Positions 53,878-62,575 of a DNA stretch of 64,000 nucleotides are shown piece by piece. Origin of the DNA: Pseudobdellovibrionaceae bacterium. GTDB lineage: Bacteria > Bdellovibrionota > Bdellovibrionia > Bdellovibrionales > Bdellovibrionaceae. Within the stretch, counting starts at the first letter, position 1. The number at the start of each line of letters is the position of its first letter. Below the pieces are notes generated by a model. The model saw nothing but the letters and a program-made list of their open reading frames with translations. It ran no database searches and was not told the DNA's origin. A program made the position numbers and the translations under genes. The stretch spans positions 1 to 64,000 of the forward strand of contig JBDHWW010000011.1 in NCBI GenBank assembly GCA_039810425.1, read 5' to 3'.

Positions 53878-56800
53878 CGGAAGCCTGCCTGTGATTTATC
53901 CAGTTCAATCGGAGAAATACGTGTCTTGTTCGCATACATGTTGATCAAGCCATTGGCGTAATCGATGTTTGTTTTTGGATCACCCAGGCTGTTAGAGAAA
54001 TACTCAAGATCACCGTCCTCATCGCCTTCCCGGAAGCCGTTAATGCGGATCACAAACACATAGTTCTCTTCACCCAAGTATTTGAGTAACTGTGGCAAGG
54101 GGACTTGTTCGTCGAGGACATAAAGAACTTTAGTCGTCCAGCGCACTTGTTCGGCTTTGTCTTTCGGGTACTCGCCGCCGAGGTCGATCAGCTTCTTAGT
54201 CCAGTTGTTCAAGCAGTCGAAGTAAGTCCCGTTCCACCAGATACCGGTATTGTCGAGGCCGCTCGTGTCGCCACCGGAGTTTTGCTTATGCAACTGACAT
54301 TGAACATTATAGTTTGCAAGACCAGCTTGTTGATCGCCGTTACCGAGAATTGTCATCAGGTCTAAGAAGAACTCTTTGTCACCCGGGCGGCCTTGGCGAC
54401 CGATTTTTTCGCTGAGTTTTTGCGCGAGTTTGCCGAGGAAGTTTTGCTTTGCCATTGGCTTGCCGTCCCATTCCGGCTGGATCAGCAAGTCGCGGATCTT
54501 ATCAAGACCACCTGGTAAAACTGACAACTGCGCCGTAATACGATAGAAGTTGATGGCTGATGTGTTTGCAAACGCTTCCGGCTCAATCAAGCGGTACGGA
54601 GCCAGTGGGGTGTTTTTAAACTGCGCTTGCACTTCGTCGATCAACTTGAAGAACTTGTTTGAGTTCAAGTGCCAGCCGCCCCAGACGTGCTGAAGCACAG
54701 CTACGTTTGGATATTGAGTCCCATTCAGGCTCAAGTCGCCTTCGGTATTGATGATCCGCCAGTATGCTTTCCCGAACGGAGTGTTCGCCGGATTTGGATC
54801 GTCTGAGCCCCCCAAATCCACTTTTGAATTGCTCCATTTTTTGTTGATGATCGCTTGGATCCAGTCTGTCGCAAAGCCGAGGAGATCCCGACCGACGAGC
54901 TCACCACGTTTGTTCGAGAGCAAGACCACTTCTTCATTTTTTGGATCAAGCTCAGGAGCGTCCGGGTTGCGGGGATAGAGGATCTTCAAGAGATGGTCCT
55001 CATTGAAGTTATCAAGGCGCATGGCCAAGAACTTGCTACGCACCTCTTTGGTTTTCATTTCGTGCGTGATTTCGAATTTTTTGTATTGGAAGCGTGAATA
55101 CAGAATCTCTGTGTCATTGCCGCGGAAGAGCGCAATCAAAGCCGGCCGCAGATTTTCACGAGTCTCGAGGAAATCCTTTGCGTACTTCTGATCTGCAGAG
55201 CCCTCATCAATCATGTCACCCAAAGCCGGATTGTAGTCGATCACGAAAGTGTCTGTATGAAGGTCCGCAGTGTTTGTGCTGGCGCGGATATTCATAATGT
55301 TGATGAAGTAGTTCAAATCGAAGCTCAAACCGAAGACTTTGTTGCTTTGTTCGCGAACAAAGACTTGGAGGCCTTGCGCCGTGCGCATGAAGCTCGTTTG
55401 GCGAAGAATCGCACGAGCCCCGTCCGCGCCAATGCTGACAGAGTTTAGGAAGTTCAATGGCGTGATACCCATCAATACATCGAGTGAAGAGCTTAGCTGT
55501 GCATAGCCCGCGAGAGTGACAGAATCGGTGATCGTGAAGACTTCCCCCTCGCGCAGGTCGTTCAACATCACATCGATCGCGTACTTACCATCTTCGGTCT
55601 TTTCTTTTGCCAGAACGTTGGTGAGGCCCTTCATGAACTTTGGAATAACGAGATCTTTCCAAGAAACCTTTGTGCCTTCCGTGATGGAGAGCAGCGGGCG
55701 AACGTGGGTGTAATCACGTTGAATCATGATATTTGCGCCGCCTAGAGGAGTGATTTTGGGAATACCATCCAGAACGAGGAAGTACCCAAGGCGAGCCGCC
55801 ACGGAAACATTGTCAACGAGCTGAATCGCCGCGGAACTTCCGTAATATGTGCCGGTTGTCACGTTACGGGTTGCTGAAAGATTGAAGCCGCCGACAGGTC
55901 CGCCCCAGCTTTCAACGTTTTGGTAGAGTGGCTGATCCGGGTGCTGGGTGAGATGCTGGGCGATTCGGTTCTGAATGTCCATGCGACGGTTGTTGACGAG
56001 ATCGCCAACACTCAAGAGATCCAATTTCTCATTGATGTGGTTCATCACAGTGGCAATCGCGGCAGAACGCCCGCGGATACCTAGGTAGCGCTCGAAGTCG
56101 CCGTCTTTAAATGGGCTTTCGCGATCGCCGTGGGCAAAACGCTGGGGGTAACCTGGAACCAGTTCTTTCGTCACTTTACCGTCTTTTACAAGGCCGGATG
56201 GAGAGTTGATTTTCAGGCTTGGCAATTTCCAAGGCTTAGAGAGATTGAAAAGTTCCATCGCGTTGTTGGCGCGATAAAGAAGCTTTGCATAGATGAGTTG
56301 TTCCAGCTCAGCGGGAAAAGCGCCGGCTTTTACGATCTCCATGAAGTCTTGCTCAGTGAACTGATTTAACCGGCGAAGCAACCAACGAGCGTCTTCATAA
56401 GAGCAAGCCGAGAAGGACTCGGCGGAAGGGTGCGTGATAACGATGTAGTTGGAAAGGACAGAAGCATATTTAGGAGAGAACCGGTTCACGCTCTCGGGGA
56501 GATCAACGAGAGAGAAAGGAATAATCAAAGCACGATAGGCACGGTACCGAGAGAATCTTTGCACGACAGCGACTTGTGCAGGATCATTCGGGTCTGGAGC
56601 ATAACCCCACTGAATATCAAAATAGTCCGCAGTTGCTTGTTCAAGAACGGCATCTGAGAAGACAAGGGAGTGATCCTTTTTGTCGTCTTCAGTCACCCAA
56701 CCGCGGCTTTCGAAATCCGAGATCATGGTTTCTTGGGCCATTCTCAGAAAGTCTTCTTTTTCCGCCTCAGATTTAAAATAGACACGGAGATTTTTTGAAT

Positions 56801-57239
56801 ATTGCGGAGTTGGCACAAAATAGCCGAGTTTCTTTAAGAGAGCGGCACGCATCAGCGTCGCATGGGTCATGCGACTCAGACTCAGGCGGTAAAAAAGTGC
56901 AGGGTTGGTGCTGGATTGCACCCTGGCCATGAAAGTGAATGGCAGCTGGGCTTCGGAGGATTGATAGAGGACCTTTGTTTCTTTTGGCTGCGAAGCATCT
57001 GCCAGAGGATACTTTTGATTCTGCCACATCTTATTTTCTTGGGGATTTAGGATGCTTAGGTCTTGTCCGGCCTGCGCCAGACTCGCCGCCTGACCAACAT
57101 CCAAAACCGCTCCCGTCGAGGAAACGAGATCTGAGGCGGGCTTTTTGACTACCTTGAGCGGGATAGAGACGCTTTCGGCATTTGCTTGAGCATTCAGAAA
57201 AATGACAGCTAAGACAAAAAGACTTCTTAAGATGTTCAC
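53874..57239 (-). CDS. large secreted hypothetical protein (1121 aa), kinase-like N-terminal region suspected
   Basis: GGAGGGG SD, GTG start, signal peptide (ANA); ATGA overlap with the protease gene. Confidence 0.8.
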   Translation of the reverse strand: MNILRSLFVLAVIFLNAQANAESVSIPLKVVKKPASDLVSSTGAVLDVGQAASLAQAGQDLSILNPQENKMWQNQKYPLADASQPKETKVLYQSSEAQLPFTFMARVQSSTNPALFYRLSLSRMTHATLMRAALLKKLGYFVPTPQYSKNLRVYFKSEAEKEDFLRMAQETMISDFESRGWVTEDDKKDHSLVFSDAVLEQATADYFDIQWGYAPDPNDPAQVAVVQRFSRYRAYRALIIPFSLVDLPESVNRFSPKYASVLSNYIVITHPSAESFSACSYEDARWLLRRLNQFTEQDFMEIVKAGAFPAELEQLIYAKLLYRANNAMELFNLSKPWKLPSLKINSPSGLVKDGKVTKELVPGYPQRFAHGDRESPFKDGDFERYLGIRGRSAAIATVMNHINEKLDLLSVGDLVNNRRMDIQNRIAQHLTQHPDQPLYQNVESWGGPVGGFNLSATRNVTTGTYYGSSAAIQLVDNVSVAARLGYFLVLDGIPKITPLGGANIMIQRDYTHVRPLLSITEGTKVSWKDLVIPKFMKGLTNVLAKEKTEDGKYAIDVMLNDLREGEVFTITDSVTLAGYAQLSSSLDVLMGITPLNFLNSVSIGADGARAILRQTSFMRTAQGLQVFVREQSNKVFGLSFDLNYFINIMNIRASTNTADLHTDTFVIDYNPALGDMIDEGSADQKYAKDFLETRENLRPALIALFRGNDTEILYSRFQYKKFEITHEMKTKEVRSKFLAMRLDNFNEDHLLKILYPRNPDAPELDPKNEEVVLLSNKRGELVGRDLLGFATDWIQAIINKKWSNSKVDLGGSDDPNPANTPFGKAYWRIINTEGDLSLNGTQYPNVAVLQHVWGGWHLNSNKFFKLIDEVQAQFKNTPLAPYRLIEPEAFANTSAINFYRITAQLSVLPGGLDKIRDLLIQPEWDGKPMAKQNFLGKLAQKLSEKIGRQGRPGDKEFFLDLMTILGNGDQQAGLANYNVQCQLHKQNSGGDTSGLDNTGIWWNGTYFDCLNNWTKKLIDLGGEYPKDKAEQVRWTTKVLYVLDEQVPLPQLLKYLGEENYVFVIRINGFREGDEDGDLEYFSNSLGDPKTNIDYANGLINMYANKTRISPIELDKSQAGFR

Positions 57240-57295
57240 GAATACCCCTCCGCATTGGTGTCATATTGACCTAAGTCCAGGTCTGACTCAGTACT

Positions 57296-57312
57296 AAGCA
57301 AGTCTCATACCT
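57296..57312 (-). promoter_or_regulatory. candidate sigma54 promoter
   Basis: Minus strand AGGTATGAGACTTGCTT (GG-N10-GC, TTGCT), about 57 bp upstream of the start codon. Confidence 0.5.
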
Positions 57313-57391
57313 AACGCACCGCAATCGACTTTGGGTCGAAAGGTCCGGGGTGACTTATATTTCACGGGGACTTTATTTAAACTAAAAGAAG

Positions 57392-58036
57392 ATGAAAAAG
57401 TATCTCTTACTGGGGCTGTTATCAGTAAATGTGTTCCTTGCCTGCGGACGTGTTCCGAAGGTGGGGCCAGAAACCGCCGAAAAGCTCGCGACCGAGTCGC
57501 AGAAGGATTGCGGTTTTGTCCAAAACAGTTATGGGCAACGAGTTTCCTGGAAACAAAGTCTTCCGATAAAGATGTATATAGACCCAATGGTTCCAACTGA
57601 ATACGATACGGTCCTGAGAGAGGCCGCGAAAAAGTGGGAAGACGTCCTGGGTCGCACGTTGTTTGTTTTCGAACGGGCAACATGGGCATCAACACCCGCT
57701 AAAGACAATCGTAACATTGTGTATTGGATGAACCCTTGGAACAACCCCGATACAAAGCTCCAAGCGATGAGTTCTTTGTCATGGACCAACAATCAGCTGG
57801 TGGAAGCCGACGTCAAAGTCGATGCTCAATTTTATACTTATTTTGTGACCTATCCGAATTCGAATACGGATGTGCACCTCCTGAGTTTGCTCGTGCACGA
57901 ACTGGGGCATGTGTTGGGTTTGAAGCATCTCGCTAACGGAAGTTCTTCTGTGATGTTGTCTGTGCTTGATTATTTGGTGAAGCGTGAGATTCCAACCGCC
58001 GAAGACATCGCTGACTTGAAGTGCGAATATAATTAG
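57392..58036 (+). CDS. matrixin-family (metzincin) metalloprotease lipoprotein
   Basis: Lipobox FLAC; HELGHVLGLKH zinc motif; Met-turn SSVM. Confidence 0.88.
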   Translation: MKKYLLLGLLSVNVFLACGRVPKVGPETAEKLATESQKDCGFVQNSYGQRVSWKQSLPIKMYIDPMVPTEYDTVLREAAKKWEDVLGRTLFVFERATWASTPAKDNRNIVYWMNPWNNPDTKLQAMSSLSWTNNQLVEADVKVDAQFYTYFVTYPNSNTDVHLLSLLVHELGHVLGLKHLANGSSSVMLSVLDYLVKREIPTAEDIADLKCEYN

Positions 58037-58043
58037 GAGTTTT

Positions 58044-58712
58044 GTGAAAACATCAAAAAGTCGTTTTTTAATCGGACTCGCGTTGTTGCTTCTCGGGGGA
58101 ATTTACCTCGGGGGCCGCTTGTTCCTGCAAAAGCGTCATGTTGCTTCTTTTGATGGCACAATCACGACGAGTAACGGGGCGAGCTATTATGATTTAAGTG
58201 AATTGACCGGGACTGCGTTTTTGAAGTCGGCGAAGGTTGCAATGTCTCAAGGCTTGCAAGTTCAACTTGGGGCAGCCACTGCGGGGCTGACTGTCGGTAA
58301 CTTTCTCGTCAAGAACTCCCAAGGTTCAAAGGTGTATGCCTGTGAAGTCTATCCTGACTTGGAGATCACTCTGCAAGCAGAAGGTATCGCGTATTCCGGA
58401 AGTATTCCGACGATCATCGTGCAGGGCCCTTGTTTGAACTCTGATGACGGTCAAACGATTCAGGCTTTGCCTCTTCCATTAAAGGGCCTTTATCAGAATG
58501 TTCGCCAGAATCCGATGTGGAAAGTTCCCCTCGGGGACCGTGGTGACAGCTTTATGGTTTCTGCGCGGTTTTTATACAGCGAGTGGCCGACGGCTTGGAA
58601 CGTCGTTGGGGTGAAGTTGTCCAATGACCAAGAAAGTATCGCGATGGATGGCTACGAAATCATTTCCCTTCTGGACCAGCCACTGGCTTTAGATTTGTCT
58701 GAAGAACCGTGA
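58044..58712 (+). CDS. membrane-anchored hypothetical protein
   Basis: AGGAG SD, GTG start, N-terminal TM helix; lies in an operon context. Confidence 0.72.
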   Translation: MKTSKSRFLIGLALLLLGGIYLGGRLFLQKRHVASFDGTITTSNGASYYDLSELTGTAFLKSAKVAMSQGLQVQLGAATAGLTVGNFLVKNSQGSKVYACEVYPDLEITLQAEGIAYSGSIPTIIVQGPCLNSDDGQTIQALPLPLKGLYQNVRQNPMWKVPLGDRGDSFMVSARFLYSEWPTAWNVVGVKLSNDQESIAMDGYEIISLLDQPLALDLSEEP

Positions 58713-59407
58713 TGGTGAGCAGAAAAAAATTTTTTCAATCAACCGTAGACTTTCCAGATCCGAGAGATGCCCTGGCTGAAGGGGTTTTGGCTGTGGGAGG
58801 CCTCTTGGATGTAGACACTCTTTACACCGCCTATGGCCTCGGCGTCTTTCCGTGGCCGCATCCCGAATATCCGTTGCTTTGGTTTTCGCCTGAAAAGCGC
58901 GGGATCATCGAGTTCTCAGATCTGCATATCAGCCGCAGCTTCGATAAATTTGTGCGTCATCATGGCGGGGAGTTTGAAATCACCGTCGATCAAGCTTTCA
59001 CGCAAGTCGTTCGCGAGTGCGCAAAACAGCCTCGGCCCGGCCAAGAAGGCACGTGGATTTTGCCGCCGATGATAAAGGCCTATATCGACTTTCACAATGC
59101 GGGTTATGCTCACAGTGTGGAGGTCTGGCATAAACGCCAGTTGGTGGGTGGTATCTACGGGGTTTTTGTAAAGGGGATGTTTAGTGGCGAAAGCATGTTC
59201 TATAAGACGCCGAATGCGTCGAAGCTCGCTTTGTTTCATTTGATTAAGCTTTTAGAGTCCTGGGGCCTTGAATGGATGGATATCCAGATGGTGACGCCCG
59301 TGACTAAATCTTTTGGCGGTAAGTACCTTGAGCGTGAGGAGTTTTTATCTAAACTCGCGCAAACTCAGGACGAGAATGAGAATGCAATCTTCCCGTGGAC
59401 GTGTTAA
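58712..59407 (+). CDS. aat: leucyl/phenylalanyl-tRNA--protein transferase
   Basis: AY..GVFPW, LLWFSP..R, TWI, AHSVEVW, LVGGIYGV, FSGESMF, ASKLAL, DIQ. Confidence 0.93.
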   Translation: MVSRKKFFQSTVDFPDPRDALAEGVLAVGGLLDVDTLYTAYGLGVFPWPHPEYPLLWFSPEKRGIIEFSDLHISRSFDKFVRHHGGEFEITVDQAFTQVVRECAKQPRPGQEGTWILPPMIKAYIDFHNAGYAHSVEVWHKRQLVGGIYGVFVKGMFSGESMFYKTPNASKLALFHLIKLLESWGLEWMDIQMVTPVTKSFGGKYLEREEFLSKLAQTQDENENAIFPWTC

Positions 59408-59415
59408 GACGTCTC

Positions 59416-61233
59416 ATGGCTTTGCTTATCAGTACTCATCAGCTCGAGAAATCTTTTGCGGGTAAAACTTTGTTTTCTGGCGTCAGCCTCGGCATTGAGG
59501 ACGGCGATAAGGTTGGCCTCGTCGGGCCAAACGGAGCCGGTAAATCGACATTAATGAAAATCTTGGCGGGCACAAGCCAAGCCGATGGCGGCAAAGTCAC
59601 GCCGAAAAAAGGCCTGCGCCTGGGCTTCTTACCGCAGACACCGGTGTTTGCAGAGCGTGAGACTATTATGCAAGCCCTGCTAAGCCACGCTCACGATCCT
59701 GATGAAGCCTTGGGCTTGGCCTATGAGTGGCTGGCGCGTTTGGATCTGACTCAGTTTGGTGAAGATTTTCTCGTCTCGGATTTGAGTGGTGGCTGGCAAA
59801 AGCGCGTGGCTTTGGCGCGCGAACTGGTGACGGAGCCCGAGTTATTGCTTCTGGATGAACCGACGAATCACTTGGACGTTGTCAGCATCCTATGGCTTGA
59901 AGAGTTTTTGCAGAAGGCGTCGTTTGCATTCTTGATAGTCACCCACGATCGTTTGTTCTTACAGCGCGTGGTGAATAAGGTCTTCGACTTGGATCCTCGA
60001 AATCCAAATAATTTATTATCGGTGAACGGGGACTACGTTCAGTATCTTGAAACGAAAGAGCAGCTATTGGCGGCGCAAGCAAAGCATGAGCAAGTTTTAA
60101 AAAACACTCTTCGTCGTGAAACCGAATGGCTTCGTCGTGGGGCGATCGCACGTCTCGCAAAACAGAAGGCGCGTATTAACCGCGCCGGCGATTTGAAGGA
60201 CGACGTGGAAAACCTTGTCGAAAAGAACCGTCACCGTGTCGCGAATATTAACTTTGGCGATGCCGAAAGAAATCCGCAAAAACTGATTGAAATTAAAGAC
60301 GTTTACAAAAGTTATGATCATCGCGCTTTGATTGAAAACTTCAGCTATTTGATCACGCCAAAAACGCGCTTGGCTCTGTTAGGAGAAAATGGCAGCGGAA
60401 AAAGTACGCTGATTAAAATGATGCTCGGCTATGAACGGCCTGACAGCGGCAGCGTTTTTTTGTCAGATAAGGTGAAGGTTTCTTATTTCGAGCAAAATCG
60501 CGGCAACCTGGATATGAATAAAAGTGTGTTGAAAAATATCTGCCCGGATGGCGACTATGTTTCTTTCCAGGGGCAGTATGTTTTCGCCCGCAGTTATCTT
60601 GAACGCTTCCTATTCTCGCGCCAACAAATGGATCTGCCGGTGGGGCGTTTGTCAGGTGGCGAGCAAAGCCGTTTGCGTATTGCGCAACTCATGTTGCAAG
60701 AAGCTTCGGTTTTGGTGCTCGATGAACCGACGAATGATTTGGACGTCGCAACATTAGAGGTTTTGAGTGATGCCATTCAGAACTTTAACGGTGCCGTGAT
60801 CTTGGTCACGCATGATCGTTATTTCATGGATCAAGTCGCGGCGGATATTTTAAGTTTTCCGCGAAAAGACAACCCTTCGAAGAAACTTGAACGCTTTGTC
60901 GGGTATTTACAATGGGAAGAAGCTTGGCTTGCGGAAGAGTCTGGTGAAGTAAGACCGGCGCAAGGCGTTTTGCCTGTTGAGCCGGCGAAACCCGCAGCGA
61001 AGGTGCAGCGGATGTCTTTTAAGCTCAAGAATGAACTTGAAGGCATGGAAGCAAAAATTCTTGGTATGGAAGATGATCTTGCGAAAATGGAAGTGGAATC
61101 TGCTTCTGCCGAAGTTATTAGTAATGCCACGCGGCTGCAGGAACTTCATGTGAAGATGTCTAAACTGCAGACGGATATCGAAACCTCTTACGCCCGCTGG
61201 GCGGAACTCGAGAAAATCGCAAAGGGTGAATAA
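59416..61233 (+). CDS. ABC-F family ATPase (Uup-like)
   Basis: Two NBDs (GPNGAGKS, LSGGWQKR, DEPTNHLD; GENGSGKS, LSGGEQSR, DEPTNDLD), no TMD, C-terminal coiled coil YARWAELE. Confidence 0.9.
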   Translation: MALLISTHQLEKSFAGKTLFSGVSLGIEDGDKVGLVGPNGAGKSTLMKILAGTSQADGGKVTPKKGLRLGFLPQTPVFAERETIMQALLSHAHDPDEALGLAYEWLARLDLTQFGEDFLVSDLSGGWQKRVALARELVTEPELLLLDEPTNHLDVVSILWLEEFLQKASFAFLIVTHDRLFLQRVVNKVFDLDPRNPNNLLSVNGDYVQYLETKEQLLAAQAKHEQVLKNTLRRETEWLRRGAIARLAKQKARINRAGDLKDDVENLVEKNRHRVANINFGDAERNPQKLIEIKDVYKSYDHRALIENFSYLITPKTRLALLGENGSGKSTLIKMMLGYERPDSGSVFLSDKVKVSYFEQNRGNLDMNKSVLKNICPDGDYVSFQGQYVFARSYLERFLFSRQQMDLPVGRLSGGEQSRLRIAQLMLQEASVLVLDEPTNDLDVATLEVLSDAIQNFNGAVILVTHDRYFMDQVAADILSFPRKDNPSKKLERFVGYLQWEEAWLAEESGEVRPAQGVLPVEPAKPAAKVQRMSFKLKNELEGMEAKILGMEDDLAKMEVESASAEVISNATRLQELHVKMSKLQTDIETSYARWAELEKIAKGE

Positions 61234-61301
61234 CACATCCTGCGATAAGCACATTGACAAATTTGCACAGTCATAAGTTAATTAATTTAAAGGTGGTTTA
61301 A

Positions 61302-61880
61302 ATGAAAAAACTTCGTTTGATTTGCGCAATGATTTTGTCTCTGGGGTTTGTCAGTGCGGCTCACGCCGAACTTGGCGTTGGCGTATTTGGTTCTTATCCG
61401 CTTTCAACAAATTACACTGTAACAGGTGCGGGCGTTGATAGCGTTAAGGGTAAAGGCGGCAACACTTTCGGTGCATTGTTGTTCATTCCGGTTCTTCCGT
61501 GGTTTTCGATCCGTGGTGGCGTCGCCTATGAAAATACTAAGTTCGAGGTCAACTCGATCTTGGGTTCTTCCGAGACGACCTTGAACAATATGTTGATCCC
61601 GGTAGATCTTCAGTTCCACTTCCCAGTTGTGGGTCTTTACGCATTTGCAGGTGCGGTTTTTGTATCGAATCAGAAAACAGATCCGGATACGAACGGCAAA
61701 GCGGGTAGCGATACAAGGACAAACTTGGGTGTTGGCTATGACTTCTTCAGCTTCACATTGCTGACTTTGAGCGCGGAAGTAGAGTACCAAAAAGGTTCTA
61801 AGAACATTTCTCCGGTTTCTGGTAACGACCAGAAAACTGACTCAACAAATCTGAACTTGATGGTTCGCTTCACTCTGTAA
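61302..61880 (+). CDS. outer membrane beta-barrel protein
   Basis: Signal peptide (AHA); about 8 amphipathic strands; terminal VRFTL. Confidence 0.78.
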   Translation: MKKLRLICAMILSLGFVSAAHAELGVGVFGSYPLSTNYTVTGAGVDSVKGKGGNTFGALLFIPVLPWFSIRGGVAYENTKFEVNSILGSSETTLNNMLIPVDLQFHFPVVGLYAFAGAVFVSNQKTDPDTNGKAGSDTRTNLGVGYDFFSFTLLTLSAEVEYQKGSKNISPVSGNDQKTDSTNLNLMVRFTL

Positions 61881-61895
61881 TCGAGATATTCAATT

Positions 61896-61937
61896 CAAAA
61901 AGAAAAGGCGTTGGGCTTCCAATGCCTTTTCTTTTTG
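61896..61937. terminator. bidirectional terminator
   Basis: CAAAAAGAAAAGGC.TTGG-GCTT-CCAA.GCCTTTTCTTTTTG. Confidence 0.85.
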
Positions 61938-61940
61938 TGC

Positions 61941-62492
61941 CTAATGCCAAGTGATCTGCTCTTTGTGGCGGCGGACTCCTCGAAGAGTCAGGAAGGCCCC
62001 GGCCAGGAAGATCACGCCGATAATGATATGCAAAACGTGATCGGCGGTGCCGAGTTCAAAACGTCCAGGAACCAATTGCCAGAGGAACGAAGTCTCCTCC
62101 GCAATTCCAGTTGATGTCGGCCGGGTCAAAGAAACCGCACGGTGGCCGAAGGCGAATCCTGCAAGGCCGACAACGAAGTATACAGCACCGAGCCAACTGC
62201 AAAATTTTTTCGCCGTATAATTTGGTGCGGTGATCCCGCACCAAACAGCGAGGGCCCCTGAAACAATTAGCAGCAAATTGTGCACGGGGTTTAAGTGCAA
62301 TAAAAATAAGCCGGGAACTACAAAGCCGACAAGGCCCGTGGCAAGAGCGATCGCTCCAAGATACCAACAGACTTGGTTCGCGGGAGAGGCTTTGTTCGGT
62401 GCGGCCAATGCGGGAAGGGGGCCTTGAGTTGCCGGCCTTCTTTGTCGCTCGGGTGTTGGTTCAGGGGTGGGCGTAGGGGGTTGTAAATCCAT
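61941..62492 (-). CDS. DUF4383-like membrane protein
   Basis: GLVGFVVPG..LLHLNPVHNLL, LGAVYFVVGLAGF, ADHVLHIIIG; Pro-rich N-terminus. Confidence 0.7.
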   Translation of the reverse strand: MDLQPPTPTPEPTPERQRRPATQGPLPALAAPNKASPANQVCWYLGAIALATGLVGFVVPGLFLLHLNPVHNLLLIVSGALAVWCGITAPNYTAKKFCSWLGAVYFVVGLAGFAFGHRAVSLTRPTSTGIAEETSFLWQLVPGRFELGTADHVLHIIIGVIFLAGAFLTLRGVRRHKEQITWH

Positions 62493-62575
62493 AGCTGGCT
62501 CCTTTTTTGGAGCCAGCATATTGGGTTTTTGTGAGATTAATTCAGCAAGACCAAGATATTCTCTTCATGCTTGTG

